DNA of 64,000 bases from Clostridia bacterium (GCA_017613735.1 JAGADF010000012.1:3253-67252), one strand, 5' to 3'. Positions 17,736 to 29,212 are shown, numbered from the stretch's first letter. The notes: generated from the sequence alone by a model not told the origin. Translations and numbers: made by a program.

Positions 17736-19317
17736 TGTAGGGCAGGAAGAATACCACTTTCTTTACAATCGCAAGAAGGGCGGGATTCTTAATAAGGTCG
17801 CCCGCAAAGCCCTTCATATAGTTGGCAAAGTCCTTTGTGTCGGGGATGCTCGACGGCTTCATAACAACTCTCGTATGAGACTTGAAATTAAAGTTGAGCT
17901 TGCGTTTGCCGACAGTTTCGATAGGTCTTATTGTGACGTTGAGGTTTGTTCCGTCAAACCACTCCGCATAGCAGCAGACCTTGAAATCAATCTTGCCGAG
18001 TCTTATCTGACCGTAGCGATAGTGACCGTCCATACCGCAGGTGACTGTGTTGCTTTCGGGTCCCTCGTTCCAGCTCATATCGCAGCTCTTATCTTCAAAA
18101 TGGAACTTGACGTGGTCGATATTGCCCGCCCTGTCGCTCATCATAAAGGTAACGTGAATCGGAATAACGCTTACGGGGAAACCGATGAGGTTAAGAACTA
18201 TCTGCGGTATGCCCTTGCGGAACTTGATTGTTCTTCCTTCAATGTCATTTTCAAGGTCGGAACGGTAGCTTTCAACTACCTCGTCCATATTTGAATTGAC
18301 AATCGGAACGGTTTTGGGCTCTTCCTTTTCTTCGGCGCTTTCGTCGATAAAGCCCTCGGGGAAGTGACGCCAGATACATTCTCTCGCGTCAGGCTCGTTT
18401 GAAATACCCGACGTGGTGATGATTACCGCGTCGTAATCGGGGGCGACAATGCCAAACTGTGAGAACATACCGTCGGCGCGGTATGAGTTCGGAAGAGCGG
18501 CGTTCTGCCAGAAACAGAAGCCGTAGCCCGCCTGATTGTCGCGTGTTTCGGACGTGCCCGCGTTTTCAACCTGCTTGCTCGTAGCCTGCTTTACCCAGTC
18601 TTTCGGAATAACCTGCTTGTTTTTCCATTTGCCGTTCTGAGCGTAGCAGAGAATGAATTTTGCAAAGTCCTCGGTTGAAAGATAAAGTCCCCAGCCGCCT
18701 GCTTCGATACCGTGAACGGGGTCTGTTTCCCAGAACGGTCTTTCGATTCCCAGCGGCTCAAAAAGACGGGGCATAAGATAATCTATAACGCCCATGCCCG
18801 TAACCTTTTTGATTATGGCGGCGAGCATATAGATATTTTCGTTTATGTAAAGGAAAGTTGTGTTAGGCTCGAACGTCCACGGAGCCTTGAAAAAGGTCTC
18901 AATCCAGTCAGCCTTCGCTTTGTCCGCAAAAAGGCTCGGCTGCTTGCCTGCAGTCATGGTCATAAGCGAGAAGACCGTAATCTGTTCAAGCTTTTCATCC
19001 TTTTTCTTAACGTATTCGGGGAACAGGTCTACGAGCTTTGTATCAAGCGACAGAAGTCCTTCGCTGATTGCAAAGCCTATGGCAGTCGCCGTAAAGCTCT
19101 TGCTTGCGGAGTACATAATATGCTTGCTGTCGTTGGTGAAAGGCTCGTTATACCACTCCGCCGCAACCTTGCCGTGACGTATTACCATAAACGAATGGAA
19201 CTCCATGGAGTGTTCCTTCGCGTCGGCAATAAAATCCATTACCGCCTTTGACGATACGCCGACCTCTTCGGGAGTTTTTGCTCTCGGAATGCTTTTTGAA
19301 GATGTTGTTTTTGCCAT
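17698..19317 (-). CDS. serine hydrolase of the class C beta-lactamase / PBP-like family with extra C-terminal domain
   Basis: SASKSF (SxxK) and YIN (YxN) motifs. I prefer the second ATG (19317) because of its spacing from GGAGGG. Confidence 0.8.
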   Translation of the reverse strand: MAKTTSSKSIPRAKTPEEVGVSSKAVMDFIADAKEHSMEFHSFMVIRHGKVAAEWYNEPFTNDSKHIMYSASKSFTATAIGFAISEGLLSLDTKLVDLFPEYVKKKDEKLEQITVFSLMTMTAGKQPSLFADKAKADWIETFFKAPWTFEPNTTFLYINENIYMLAAIIKKVTGMGVIDYLMPRLFEPLGIERPFWETDPVHGIEAGGWGLYLSTEDFAKFILCYAQNGKWKNKQVIPKDWVKQATSKQVENAGTSETRDNQAGYGFCFWQNAALPNSYRADGMFSQFGIVAPDYDAVIITTSGISNEPDARECIWRHFPEGFIDESAEEKEEPKTVPIVNSNMDEVVESYRSDLENDIEGRTIKFRKGIPQIVLNLIGFPVSVIPIHVTFMMSDRAGNIDHVKFHFEDKSCDMSWNEGPESNTVTCGMDGHYRYGQIRLGKIDFKVCCYAEWFDGTNLNVTIRPIETVGKRKLNFNFKSHTRVVMKPSSIPDTKDFANYMKGFAGDLIKNPALLAIVKKVVFFLPYIVEPKQRGKFID

Positions 19318-19357
19318 TTTCATTTCCCTCCGATTGTATTTTATGATTTAACCGAGA

Positions 19358-21271
19358 TTATTTTTCGTCAATACCAGTGTAGTTGGGAACAAGCGCCTTA
19401 AGGAATTTTCTTGTTTTCTGGGGTGAAAGCTTATTGATTTTTCCTATGTACTCAATAAGCAAATCATCGTCGTAGTCTATGGGTGAGGTAACGAAAATCT
19501 TACTGTTCTGGGTTGTTTTGCGGTTTGCGTTTTCCTCTTCGAGAGAAAGCTCCTCATAGAGCTTTTCGCCCGGACGAAGTCCCGTGAAAACAATGTCGAT
19601 ATCTTTATAAGGCTCAAAGCCCGAAAGCTTTATAAGGTTTTCCGCAAGGGTGACAATTTTTACGGGTTCGCCCATATCGAGAACAAAGATTTCGCCGCCG
19701 TTTGCGAGACCGCCTGCCTGAACGACAAGCTGGGCCGCTTCGGGAATAGTCATAAAGTACCTTGTAATATCGGGATGCGTAACGGTAATCGGGCCGCCGT
19801 TTTCGAGCTGATTTTTGAAAATCGGAATAACGCTTCCGTGAGAGCCGAGAACGTTGCCGAAACGTACTGCGGCGAATTTTGTATCTGTCGAAATACGCGC
19901 GAAGTGCTGAACTATAAGCTCGGCTACGCGCTTTGTCGCGCCCATTACGTTAGCGGGATTAACCGCCTTATCCGTTGAAAGAAGAACAAAGTTTTTAACC
20001 TTGTAATCGTTTGAGCAAAGAGCCGTGTTATATGTGCCGAGAATGTTGTTTTTAACGGCTTCGAGCGGACTGTCCTCCATAAGCGGAACGTGCTTGTGAG
20101 CTGCGGCGTGGAATACGCACGAGGGATGGAACTCCTCAAAAACCTCTTTAAGCCTTGTGATATCGCGGACGGAGCCTATGCGGATTGCAATTTCCGGCGT
20201 GCCGTAATATTTAGCGTCAAGGCTGTTCTTAAGAGTGAACGCCTCGTTTTCGTAGATATCAAAAATGACAATCTTGTCCGGCTTATAGCGCGCAATCTGA
20301 CGGCAGAGCTCGCTGCCTATCGAACCGCCGCCGCCGGTTACGAGAACCGTTTCGCCGGTGACGTATTTGCATACGTCGGGGTCAAGCTTAACTTCGGGAC
20401 GGGAGAGAAGGTCAAGAATATCGACCTTTCTGAATTTTTCATATACCTTGTCCTTCGCGTTTGAAAGCTCGTCCAGACCGGGAGAAACCTTGATTTCGCA
20501 TCCGGTTGACATACAGATATTGAAAAGCTCTTTTTTCCTTTCGGGCTCCGCCGAAGGAATACAGAAGATTATTTCATTGACCTTATACTTCTTCGCAATT
20601 TCGGGTATTGAATCGCAGTCGCCCTCAATCGGAACGCCCGATATTGAATAACCGCTCTTGTTCTTGTCGTCGTCAACTATGACAACGGGATTGCCGAAAC
20701 GGTAGCCGCCCTGCTGGATTTCCTTTAATACGGTTGCGCCCATCGCGCCGGCGCCGATAATCATAATTCTTTTGTTCGAATTTGATTCGGAGTGGCGATA
20801 ACGTTCCTTGATAATGGTGTCGACCATTCTGTAGAAAACCCTTGAACCTATAATCAAAGCAAGGGTTATAAGCATACCGTCAAAATAAGCCGCGTAAGGG
20901 TAAACCTTATAGTTTATGCTTTCGCCGGTCGTTATAAGCTTAACGGAAATCAGATTCGACTTCATAATGAAATAGTCTGCGAAAGCCGCGACTACCGAAG
21001 CTATGCAGGTAGCAACGCCGAGCTTGAAGATATCAAGGAATGAAGACGTTTTCCACGAAACCTTGTATATCTTGAAAATCAGGAAAGTAACTATGAGTAT
21101 AAACGTAAGAACCGGGAAACGGTAAAGGAACTGAACCCAGCGGTACTCGCTTATATGAATGCTCAGCTTGTGAAGAACAAGCGAGAAAACATAGGAAATA
21201 TTGATAAAGAATGCGTCAAGAAGAATCAGTAACGCGATTTTTGACCTGCTTGACAAGCTCATTTTTCTCAT
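19358..21271 (-). CDS. CapD/PglF-like membrane-bound nucleotide-sugar 4,6-dehydratase (polysaccharide biosynthesis protein)
   Basis: Four N-terminal TM helices and two Rossmann folds (IIGAGAMG, VTGGGGSIGSEL). 637 aa. Confidence 0.85.
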   Translation of the reverse strand: MRKMSLSSRSKIALLILLDAFFINISYVFSLVLHKLSIHISEYRWVQFLYRFPVLTFILIVTFLIFKIYKVSWKTSSFLDIFKLGVATCIASVVAAFADYFIMKSNLISVKLITTGESINYKVYPYAAYFDGMLITLALIIGSRVFYRMVDTIIKERYRHSESNSNKRIMIIGAGAMGATVLKEIQQGGYRFGNPVVIVDDDKNKSGYSISGVPIEGDCDSIPEIAKKYKVNEIIFCIPSAEPERKKELFNICMSTGCEIKVSPGLDELSNAKDKVYEKFRKVDILDLLSRPEVKLDPDVCKYVTGETVLVTGGGGSIGSELCRQIARYKPDKIVIFDIYENEAFTLKNSLDAKYYGTPEIAIRIGSVRDITRLKEVFEEFHPSCVFHAAAHKHVPLMEDSPLEAVKNNILGTYNTALCSNDYKVKNFVLLSTDKAVNPANVMGATKRVAELIVQHFARISTDTKFAAVRFGNVLGSHGSVIPIFKNQLENGGPITVTHPDITRYFMTIPEAAQLVVQAGGLANGGEIFVLDMGEPVKIVTLAENLIKLSGFEPYKDIDIVFTGLRPGEKLYEELSLEEENANRKTTQNSKIFVTSPIDYDDDLLIEYIGKINKLSPQKTRKFLKALVPNYTGIDEK

Positions 21272-21443
21272 TTTAATAACACCTCATAAAAATCAGAGCA
21301 TAATTACACAAATTATATAATACTACTATACAGAAAAAATGTCAATTGAACTAAGTTACAAAAAGCGAAGCTCATAATTGATAAAAATGATAACAGGATT
21401 GCCGTTTTTGCCGAGAAAATCGCGATATATTGCGGTTTTTATC

Positions 21444-21472
21444 TTGATTAATAAGATATATCGTAGTATAAT
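21444..21472 (+). promoter_or_regulatory. candidate sigma-A promoter for recJ (TTGATT-17 nt-TATAAT)
   Basis: -35 at 21444..21449 and a consensus -10 at 21467..21472. Confidence 0.5.
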
Positions 21473-21514
21473 AATATATTATTAAACAAAAATCGGTAAA
21501 GGAGGCGCCGCAGT

Positions 21515-23548
21515 ATGTACAGAAAAAAATGGTCTTTGTCTTCAATAGACAAGGAGCAGGCGGCTCTTCTTGCCGAAAAAATAAGCGTCGACCCGTTTAT
21601 CGCTCTGATGCTTGTTTCAAGAGGCATTACCCAGCCGCTTGAAGCGGATGAGTTTTTCTCGAATGACGTTATACTCAGCAATCCCTTTGAAATACGCGAT
21701 ATGGACAGGGCTGTCGAGAGAATCCGTCCCGCAATCGAATCGAAGGAAAAAATAGCGGTCTTCGGCGATTATGATGCCGACGGCGTTACGGCTACCGCTC
21801 TTTTGTATTCCTATCTGAAAAGCTGCGGCGCCGACGCGGTTTACTATATTCCCGACAGAATGACCGAGGGATACGGCACGAGCTGCGATGCGATTGACGA
21901 GCTGAAGAAACAGGGCGTAAGCCTTATTATAACCGTCGATAACGGCATAGCCGCGGTTGAAGAAACCGAGTATGCTAAGAGCCTCGGTATAGATATGGTT
22001 ATAACCGACCACCATAAGGCGGGCGAGGTTCTGCCCGATGCGGCGGCGGTTGTAGACCCTCACCGAGAGGACGACTGCTCCCATTTCAGGGAATGGGCGG
22101 GCGTCGGAGTAGCCTTTAAGCTTGTCTGCGCGATTGAGGGCGTTGACGGCGAGAGCCTTATAGACGAATACAGCGACCTTATTGCAATCGGCACTCTCGC
22201 CGACGTTGTGTCGCTTACGGATGAAAACAGAGTTCTCGTCAAGGCGGGACTTGAAAGAATTAACAGGAATCCAAGACTCGGTATTGAAATGATAAAGCAG
22301 GTTGCCTGCGCCCAGAAATCGCTGTCGTCTACGGGCGTTGCGTTCACCGTTGCGCCGAGAATCAACGCGGCGGGCAGAATGGGCTCGGCTTACAGGGCGC
22401 TCGAACTGCTTTTATGCGAAGATTCTTCAAGAGCGCTGGAGCTTGCCGAGGAAATTGACAAAGCAAATAAAGCGCGCCAGACGGTCGAAGCGGACATTAC
22501 CGCTCAGGCGATTGCTTCGATTGAAAAGAACGGCTATAAATACGACCGCGTAATCGTTGTTTCCGGCGAGGGCTGGCATTCGGGGGTCATAGGCATAGTT
22601 GCCGCAAGACTTGTTGAAAAATACGGCAAGCCCGCAATTGTAATTGCCGTTGACGAAGACGGTGCTAAGGGCTCGGCGAGAAGTCTCGGCGATTTTTCGA
22701 TGTACGACGCGCTTTGTCACTGCGCGCATATGCTCACTCATTTCGGCGGGCACACTCTTGCGGCGGGAATGGGTATTGAAAAGAACAGAATTGACGAGTT
22801 CAGAAAAGAAATCAACGAATATGCTTCAAAGCTTGAAATGCCTTTCCCGACTCTTACTCTTGACTGTAAACTCAATCCCGCGTATATAAGCGTTGAACTT
22901 GCGAATAATCTTTCTGCGATGGAGCCTTACGGCAACGGTAACGAGCAGCCGCTTTTCGGTCTTTACGGGATGACTGTCGCTTCCGTACGTCCCATCGGCG
23001 ACGGCAAGCACCTGAGAATGACGCTTACAAAGGGCGTCAGCAACGTCTCCGTTGTGAAATTCGGCACTCCCGTTGAGTCGTTCCCGTTTGTCGCGGGCGA
23101 TAAGGTCGATATTGCGGCTAAAATTGAAAGAAACGAATACAAGGGCGAAATCCGAACCTCCGTTCAGATGAGGGACATCCGTTTTTCGGGCGTTGATGAG
23201 GACGAAAGGGTTTCGTCCATAAGGCTTTATGAAAAATTCAGTCACGGCAACGCTCTTACGCAGGAAGAAACGGACCGTCTTCGTCCCGACCGTGATTTTT
23301 TAGGAAAGGTATTCACATTTATAAAGAACAATCCGTCCTATATTCTCGGAAGCGAAACGCTTGCGGTGAGAATGGGACTTGAAATGAACGGATTCGCCCG
23401 TCTGCTCATAGCTCTTGACGTGCTTGAGGAGCTGGGCACGGTTTCCAAAAATGAAGAGGGGAATTACTTTATTCCGCAAACAGTTGAAAAAACCGATTTA
23501 TCGAATTCCGAAATTCTTAAGAGATTAGAGGGGAGGCAAAGTCTGTGA
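21515..23548 (+). CDS. recJ: single-stranded-DNA-specific exonuclease RecJ
   Basis: DHH family motifs (FGDYDADGVT, ITDHH) and DHHA1. 677 aa. Confidence 0.9.
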   Translation: MYRKKWSLSSIDKEQAALLAEKISVDPFIALMLVSRGITQPLEADEFFSNDVILSNPFEIRDMDRAVERIRPAIESKEKIAVFGDYDADGVTATALLYSYLKSCGADAVYYIPDRMTEGYGTSCDAIDELKKQGVSLIITVDNGIAAVEETEYAKSLGIDMVITDHHKAGEVLPDAAAVVDPHREDDCSHFREWAGVGVAFKLVCAIEGVDGESLIDEYSDLIAIGTLADVVSLTDENRVLVKAGLERINRNPRLGIEMIKQVACAQKSLSSTGVAFTVAPRINAAGRMGSAYRALELLLCEDSSRALELAEEIDKANKARQTVEADITAQAIASIEKNGYKYDRVIVVSGEGWHSGVIGIVAARLVEKYGKPAIVIAVDEDGAKGSARSLGDFSMYDALCHCAHMLTHFGGHTLAAGMGIEKNRIDEFRKEINEYASKLEMPFPTLTLDCKLNPAYISVELANNLSAMEPYGNGNEQPLFGLYGMTVASVRPIGDGKHLRMTLTKGVSNVSVVKFGTPVESFPFVAGDKVDIAAKIERNEYKGEIRTSVQMRDIRFSGVDEDERVSSIRLYEKFSHGNALTQEETDRLRPDRDFLGKVFTFIKNNPSYILGSETLAVRMGLEMNGFARLLIALDVLEELGTVSKNEEGNYFIPQTVEKTDLSNSEILKRLEGRQSL

Positions 23549-25737
23549 GCGATGACCCGAGAGCCGACTATGAACAGTTAAGGAAGCTTCTTAAACGTCA
23601 ATATTCAAGAAAAGAATTGGACGTGGTTGACGCCGCGTTCGACAAGGCTTTTGACGCTCATAAGGCGCAGCTTCGCCATTCGGGACAGCCGTATATTATT
23701 CACCCGATTGCAGTAGCTCAGATACTTGCCGAGCTTGGTATGGACTATCAGTCGGTCGCCGCCGCCCTTCTCCACGATACCGTTGAGGACACGGACGTTA
23801 CGCTTGAAGATATTAAAAACGAATTCGGCGCCGATATCGCTTCCCTTGTCGACGGCGTAACGAAATTGGGCAAGGTGCCGTGGATTTCACGCGAGGAACA
23901 GCAGGCTGAAAACGTAAGAAAGCTCCTTCTCGCCATGAGCGAGGACATAAGGGTAATCATTATAAAGCTTGCCGACCGTACCCACAATATGCGCACTCTT
24001 GATTTCGTCGCGCCGCAGAAAAGACGCGACACCGCGCTCGAAACGCTTGAAATATACGCTCCCATAGCTCACAGGCTCGGTATCAGGACAATAAAGGAAG
24101 AGCTTGAGGACAAGGCAATTCGCTTCCTTGACCCGATAGCTTACGCCGACATTGAAAAATATGTAGACAATATGACTCGCTCGCGCGGTGATTTCTTAAA
24201 GCAGATTAAAGAAAATATTTATAAAAGAGTTTCCGCCGAGGTAAAGGATGTTACCATTGAGGCGCGAATCAAGAGCGCCCACGGCATATACCGTAAAATG
24301 TATATGCAGCAGAAGAGCTTTGACGAGATTTACGATATCTTTGCAATAAGGCTTATTGTTGACAGCGTTATCGACTGCTACAACTGTCTCGGCATTATTC
24401 ACGATATGTATAAGCCTCTTCCGGGAAGATTCAAGGATTACATTTCAACCCCGAAGCCGAATATGTATCAGTCGCTTCATACGACTCTTATCGGTAAAGA
24501 GGGAATCCCGTTTGAGGTTCAGATAAGAACAAAGGAAATGAACCACACCGCCGAATACGGTATCGCGGCGCACTGGAAATACAAGGACGGCGTTAAGGAT
24601 AACGTCAGGTTTGAAGAGCGTCTTTCGTGGATAAGACAGATGCTTGAAGCCCAGACGAGCTCGACCGACGTAAAGGAAATTGTAAGGACAATAAAAACCG
24701 ACCTTGCTCCCGAAGAAATATTCGTATTCACGCCGAAGGGCGACGTAATAAACCTTCCCGTTGGCGCAACGGTAATAGATTTTGCCTATGCAATTCACTC
24801 CGCGGTCGGTCATAAAATGGTCGGTGCGAAGGTCGACGGAAGAATAGTTCCGCTTGATTACAAGGTTAAAACGGGCGAAATCGTTGAGGTTCTGACCTCT
24901 TCCCAGCAGGGCAAGGGGCCGAGCCGCGACTGGCTTACAATCGTTACCACGAGTCAGGCGAGAAGTAAAATCCGCGCCTGGTTTAAAAAGGAAAGAAAAG
25001 AAGAAAATATTATAGAGGGCAAGGCGGAGGTTGAAAGCCAGTTCAGGAAGAGCTTTATACGCTTTGAAACCGACGAAGAGCTTGAAAAATTCCTTGAAAG
25101 AATAGCCGAAAGACAGCGCTGTAATTCTATTGAGGAATTCTATGCGGCGATAGGCTACGGCGGAATTATTCTTAAAAATCTTATGCCCAATATCCGTGAG
25201 GAATATCATAAGATTGCTTCTTCCAACGATAAAAAGCCCGACGAAATCATACCCGTCGCGCCGAGAAAGTCTGCTTCGAGCAACGGCGTTGTGGTTGAGG
25301 GAATCGACAACTGTCTCGTCAAGCTTTCAAAATGCTGTAATCCGCTTCCGGGCGACAGTATTATCGGCTTTATTACGCGCGGTCACGGCGTCTCGATTCA
25401 CAAGCGCGACTGCCCGAATGTTCCTAAAAACGTCGCTTATGCCGATGAGCCCGAGCGCTGGATTAACGCATACTGGGACAGCAACGTAAAAACCGAATCC
25501 TTCCAGGCGACGCTTCAGATTACCTGTATTCAGCGCATAGGTCTTATGGCTGATATATCGACTCTTCTTGCGAATATGCACGTCAATATCAACGCTATTT
25601 CAACAAGGGAGTTTAAGGACACGAGAAACGAATTGCTTCTGACAATCACGGTTTCAAGCCTTGAACATCTTAACAATGTTATAGGCAAAATCAAAAAGAT
25701 TGACAGCATACTTGAAATAGAAAGAACGGGACTTTAA
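23545..25737 (+). CDS. relA: bifunctional (p)ppGpp synthetase/hydrolase (RSH, Rel/RelA-SpoT)
   Basis: GTG start overlaps the recJ stop. HD hydrolase (LLHDTVEDT), synthetase, TGS and ACT regions are present. 730 aa. Confidence 0.95.
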   Translation: MSDDPRADYEQLRKLLKRQYSRKELDVVDAAFDKAFDAHKAQLRHSGQPYIIHPIAVAQILAELGMDYQSVAAALLHDTVEDTDVTLEDIKNEFGADIASLVDGVTKLGKVPWISREEQQAENVRKLLLAMSEDIRVIIIKLADRTHNMRTLDFVAPQKRRDTALETLEIYAPIAHRLGIRTIKEELEDKAIRFLDPIAYADIEKYVDNMTRSRGDFLKQIKENIYKRVSAEVKDVTIEARIKSAHGIYRKMYMQQKSFDEIYDIFAIRLIVDSVIDCYNCLGIIHDMYKPLPGRFKDYISTPKPNMYQSLHTTLIGKEGIPFEVQIRTKEMNHTAEYGIAAHWKYKDGVKDNVRFEERLSWIRQMLEAQTSSTDVKEIVRTIKTDLAPEEIFVFTPKGDVINLPVGATVIDFAYAIHSAVGHKMVGAKVDGRIVPLDYKVKTGEIVEVLTSSQQGKGPSRDWLTIVTTSQARSKIRAWFKKERKEENIIEGKAEVESQFRKSFIRFETDEELEKFLERIAERQRCNSIEEFYAAIGYGGIILKNLMPNIREEYHKIASSNDKKPDEIIPVAPRKSASSNGVVVEGIDNCLVKLSKCCNPLPGDSIIGFITRGHGVSIHKRDCPNVPKNVAYADEPERWINAYWDSNVKTESFQATLQITCIQRIGLMADISTLLANMHVNINAISTREFKDTRNELLLTITVSSLEHLNNVIGKIKKIDSILEIERTGL

Positions 25738-26199
25738 ATGAGAGCGGTTATTCAGAGAGTTTTGAACTCGTCCGTCACGGTTGACGGCGAAACGGTCGGC
25801 AGAATCGACAAAGGCTATATGGTGCTTCTCGGCGTACTTGAGGGCGACACCGAAAGCGAGGCTGAGCTTCTTGCAAGAAAGACCGCCCTTTTAAGAGTTT
25901 TCGAGGACGAAAACGGTAAGATGAATCTTTCCGTCCTCGACGTCGGCGGCGAAATACTTGCCGTTTCTCAGTTTACTCTCTGCGCCGATACGAAAAAGGG
26001 CAACAGGCCGTCCTTTACCCCGTCTGCCGAACCCTCAGAAGCGAAAAGGCTTTATGAGGTATACTGCGAGCAGTTAAAGGCGAACGGCGTAAAAAATGTT
26101 GAAAAAGGCGTTTTCGGCGCGGATATGAAGGTTTCGCTCGTCAATGACGGGCCCGTTACGATTTGTCTTGATACGGACACGTGGAGCAGGCAGAAATGA
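25738..26199 (+). CDS. dtd: D-aminoacyl-tRNA deacylase
   Basis: MRAVIQRV start, SQFTL and NDGPVT motifs. 153 aa. Confidence 0.95.
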   Translation: MRAVIQRVLNSSVTVDGETVGRIDKGYMVLLGVLEGDTESEAELLARKTALLRVFEDENGKMNLSVLDVGGEILAVSQFTLCADTKKGNRPSFTPSAEPSEAKRLYEVYCEQLKANGVKNVEKGVFGADMKVSLVNDGPVTICLDTDTWSRQK

Positions 26200-26807
26200 A
26201 AATAAAAACTATTCCGACAGGCCCTATACGCGCTAACTGTTATGTGGTATACGACGAAAAAACCGGCGACGCGGCCGTAATTGACCCCGGCTCGTTTGAT
26301 TACTATGTTCAGTCGGCGACCGACGGTCTTAACGTAAAATATATTATCTGTACCCACGGGCATTTCGACCACATTCTCGGCGCGGGCGAAATTAAAGATA
26401 AAACGGGCGCGAAGCTGCTTATTCACAGACTTGACGAAGAATGTTTCAAAAGCTCAAGGGCTAACCTCATAGGCGATTTTTATTTTGATAAAGAGATTAA
26501 CCTTGAAGCCGACAGACTTCTTGAGGACGGCGACGAAATTGCATTCGGAGATATTGTTTTAAAGGTTATGCACACTCCCGGTCATTCAAAAGGGAGCATA
26601 ATCCTTATAGATGAAAAAGAACGGGTTATTTTTACGGGCGACACTCTTTTCGCAGGCGGCACGGGGAGAACCGATTTTTACGGCTCAAACCCTACCGATA
26701 TGAGAAAATCAATTCTTAAGATTATGGAGCTTGACGGCGAATATCATATTCTGCCCGGCCACGATACGGATACTTTTCTTTCGGAAGAAAGGAAATACTA
26801 CGTATGA
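26196..26807 (+). CDS. MBL-fold metallo-hydrolase
   Basis: ATGA overlap with dtd. THGHFDH motif and HTPGHS. Confidence 0.85.
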   Translation: MKIKTIPTGPIRANCYVVYDEKTGDAAVIDPGSFDYYVQSATDGLNVKYIICTHGHFDHILGAGEIKDKTGAKLLIHRLDEECFKSSRANLIGDFYFDKEINLEADRLLEDGDEIAFGDIVLKVMHTPGHSKGSIILIDEKERVIFTGDTLFAGGTGRTDFYGSNPTDMRKSILKIMELDGEYHILPGHDTDTFLSEERKYYV

Positions 26808-28234
26808 AGCTTGTAACAGTCAATCACCCGTTCAGGTATGAAACGGAAAAGCTTTCGCGCGAGTTTTTTCCCGAAAGCGGAATAGAGGTTTCTGATGACG
26901 TTTGCGCGGAAAACGCGGTTATAACCGAAATAGACGGCGACGAAATATCAGTCCGCTTTGACGGTGACGAAAGGCGTCAGAACGTCGGCGGCGTTACCGA
27001 TAAAAACGACCTTGAGCGAATTATGGCTCAGTTGCTCTATTCTCTTCTGAGCGAAAAAACGGGCATTTACCCGCCGTGGGGAATCCTTACGGGAATACGC
27101 CCGACAAAGGTTTTCAGGGCTAAGGAAAACGAACTCGGAAGCGAAAAAGCGAAGGAGTTTTTTAAAAACGAGCTTTTCGTTTCGGACAGTAAAACAGACC
27201 TTGTTCAGTCTGTCACAGACGCCCAGAGAAATATAATCGGTTTGTCCGGAAAAAACTCAATGAGCCTTTATATTTCGATTCCGTTCTGTCCGACAAGGTG
27301 TTCGTACTGTTCCTTTATTTCGCATTCTTTCGAGAGTGCCAAAAAGCTCATCCCCGAATATGTCGAAAAGCTTATCGACGAGATAAAATATACGGGCGAA
27401 ATCGCGAAAGAACTTTCCCTGAAGCTTGAAACCGTTTATTACGGCGGCGGAACCCCGACGACTCTTTCGGCTCAGCAGTTAAAGCTTATTGAGGACGCCG
27501 TTGAAGAGAGCTTCGACCTGAGCGGTTTAAGGGAATATACCGTCGAGGCGGGACGGCCCGATACCGTAACCGAAGAAAAGCTTGACGTTCTTAAAAACAG
27601 CGGCGTTACGAGAATCAGTATCAATCCCCAGACCTTCAACAACGAGGTTTTAAAGGTGATCGGCAGACGGCATACGGCAGAAGAAACAGAAAAAGCTTTT
27701 CTTCTTGCGCGCGAAAAGGGCTTTGACAATATCAATATGGATTTGATTGCGGGCCTGCCGACCGATACGGTCCAAAGCTTTGAAAAAACCCTTGAAAAAA
27801 CGCTTTCCCTTTCGCCCGAAAACGTGACGGTTCACACTTTAGCCATCAAGCGTTCTTCGTCGATGGGAATGACGTCGTCCGATATTTCACAGGCGAAGAC
27901 AGCTGAAAAAATGCTCTCGCTTGCCCAAAAAGGACTTTGCGCGGATTATTTTCCGTATTATATGTACCGTCAGTCGAAATCGCTTTCGAATCTTGAAAAC
28001 GTAGGCTGGTGCAGGTCGGGAAAAGAAGGGCTTTACAATATCTATATGATGGAGGAAACCCATTCCGTATTTTCCTGCGGGGCGGGCGCGGTAACGAAGC
28101 TGAAGGCGCCTGACGGCGAAGAAATCGAACGCATTTTCAATTTCAAATACCCGTTTGAATATATAAAGGATTACGGCGAGCTCATAAGCCGTAAGCAGAG
28201 AATAAAAGAGTTTTATAAAACATATACATATTAG
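26804..28234 (+). CDS. radical SAM protein, HemN/HemZ-like (oxygen-independent coproporphyrinogen oxidase family)
   Basis: CPTRCSYCSF (CxxxCxxC) motif, GGGTPT, and an N-terminal extension typical of HemZ-like proteins. Confidence 0.7.
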   Translation: MKLVTVNHPFRYETEKLSREFFPESGIEVSDDVCAENAVITEIDGDEISVRFDGDERRQNVGGVTDKNDLERIMAQLLYSLLSEKTGIYPPWGILTGIRPTKVFRAKENELGSEKAKEFFKNELFVSDSKTDLVQSVTDAQRNIIGLSGKNSMSLYISIPFCPTRCSYCSFISHSFESAKKLIPEYVEKLIDEIKYTGEIAKELSLKLETVYYGGGTPTTLSAQQLKLIEDAVEESFDLSGLREYTVEAGRPDTVTEEKLDVLKNSGVTRISINPQTFNNEVLKVIGRRHTAEETEKAFLLAREKGFDNINMDLIAGLPTDTVQSFEKTLEKTLSLSPENVTVHTLAIKRSSSMGMTSSDISQAKTAEKMLSLAQKGLCADYFPYYMYRQSKSLSNLENVGWCRSGKEGLYNIYMMEETHSVFSCGAGAVTKLKAPDGEEIERIFNFKYPFEYIKDYGELISRKQRIKEFYKTYTY

Positions 28235-28252
28235 ATACGTGGAGGAAGTGCT

Positions 28253-29182
28253 ATGGCAAGGATTAACAACTATATTGAGTATATCAATATGGAAGCGAAA
28301 AATGACCCCGCAGGACTTATTGAAAGATGCGAGGACCGCTACAAAAGAATTGTTGAAAGCGTGGTCGACGAGTGTATCGAAAGGGCGAAGGGCAGGCTTG
28401 TTATTATGCTTGCGGGCCCGTCCGCTTCGGGTAAGACGACAACGGCTCACAAAATCAAGCAGGAGTTTATCAAAAGGGGAGAAGACTGCCACGTCATTTC
28501 TCTTGACGACTTCTACCTTAACCGTGAGGATGTTCCCGGCTACAGCGAGGGCGAACCCGATTTTGAATCGGTCTATGCGCTCGACTTAAAGCTCATTGAT
28601 TCGTGCCTTCAGTCACTTCTCAGCGGCGAGGAGACGTTTTTGCCGTCCTTTGATTTTGAAACGGGCAGAAGGGACGACCAGGCTAAGTTTTTCCGTCTGG
28701 GCGAAAAGGACGTCGTAATCGTTGAGGGACTTCACGCGCTCAATCCCATCGTCACCCAGAATATTCCAGAAGAATTTCTCTACAAAATCTATATCAGCGT
28801 TTCCTCGCGTATTTATAATGAGGAAAGCGAGGATATCATTCTCAACAAGCGTAACCTTCGCTTCATCCGCCGTATGATTCGCGACTACAAATTCCGCGCA
28901 AGCTCGGTCGACAATACATACCGGATGTGGGATTCGGTAAGAATGGGCGAGGACAAATACCTGTTCGCGTTCAAGGATTATGCGGATTTGAGAATCAATA
29001 CCATTCATATTTATGAGCCGTGCGTATTTAAAGATATTGCGATAGAAATGCTTCAGTCCGTCAGCGAGGACAGCATCTACTACCGCGACGCGACAAGGCT
29101 TATAAAGTCGCTTAAAAAATTCGCCCAGATTGATATCGGCTTTGTTCCCGAGGATTCGCTTCTGCGTGAGTTTTTAGGTTGA
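28253..29182 (+). CDS. uridine kinase / PRK-family nucleoside kinase-like protein
   Basis: P-loop AGPSASGKTT and VIVEGLHALN. 309 aa. Confidence 0.7.
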   Translation: MARINNYIEYINMEAKNDPAGLIERCEDRYKRIVESVVDECIERAKGRLVIMLAGPSASGKTTTAHKIKQEFIKRGEDCHVISLDDFYLNREDVPGYSEGEPDFESVYALDLKLIDSCLQSLLSGEETFLPSFDFETGRRDDQAKFFRLGEKDVVIVEGLHALNPIVTQNIPEEFLYKIYISVSSRIYNEESEDIILNKRNLRFIRRMIRDYKFRASSVDNTYRMWDSVRMGEDKYLFAFKDYADLRINTIHIYEPCVFKDIAIEMLQSVSEDSIYYRDATRLIKSLKKFAQIDIGFVPEDSLLREFLG

Positions 29183-29212
29183 TTTTCAGTTTTTCGTTAG
29201 GAGTTGTTTTGT

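Noticed and set aside
24445-25209. 254-aa minus-strand ORF
   Set aside because: It is antisense to the relA/RSH gene, and no independent support exists.
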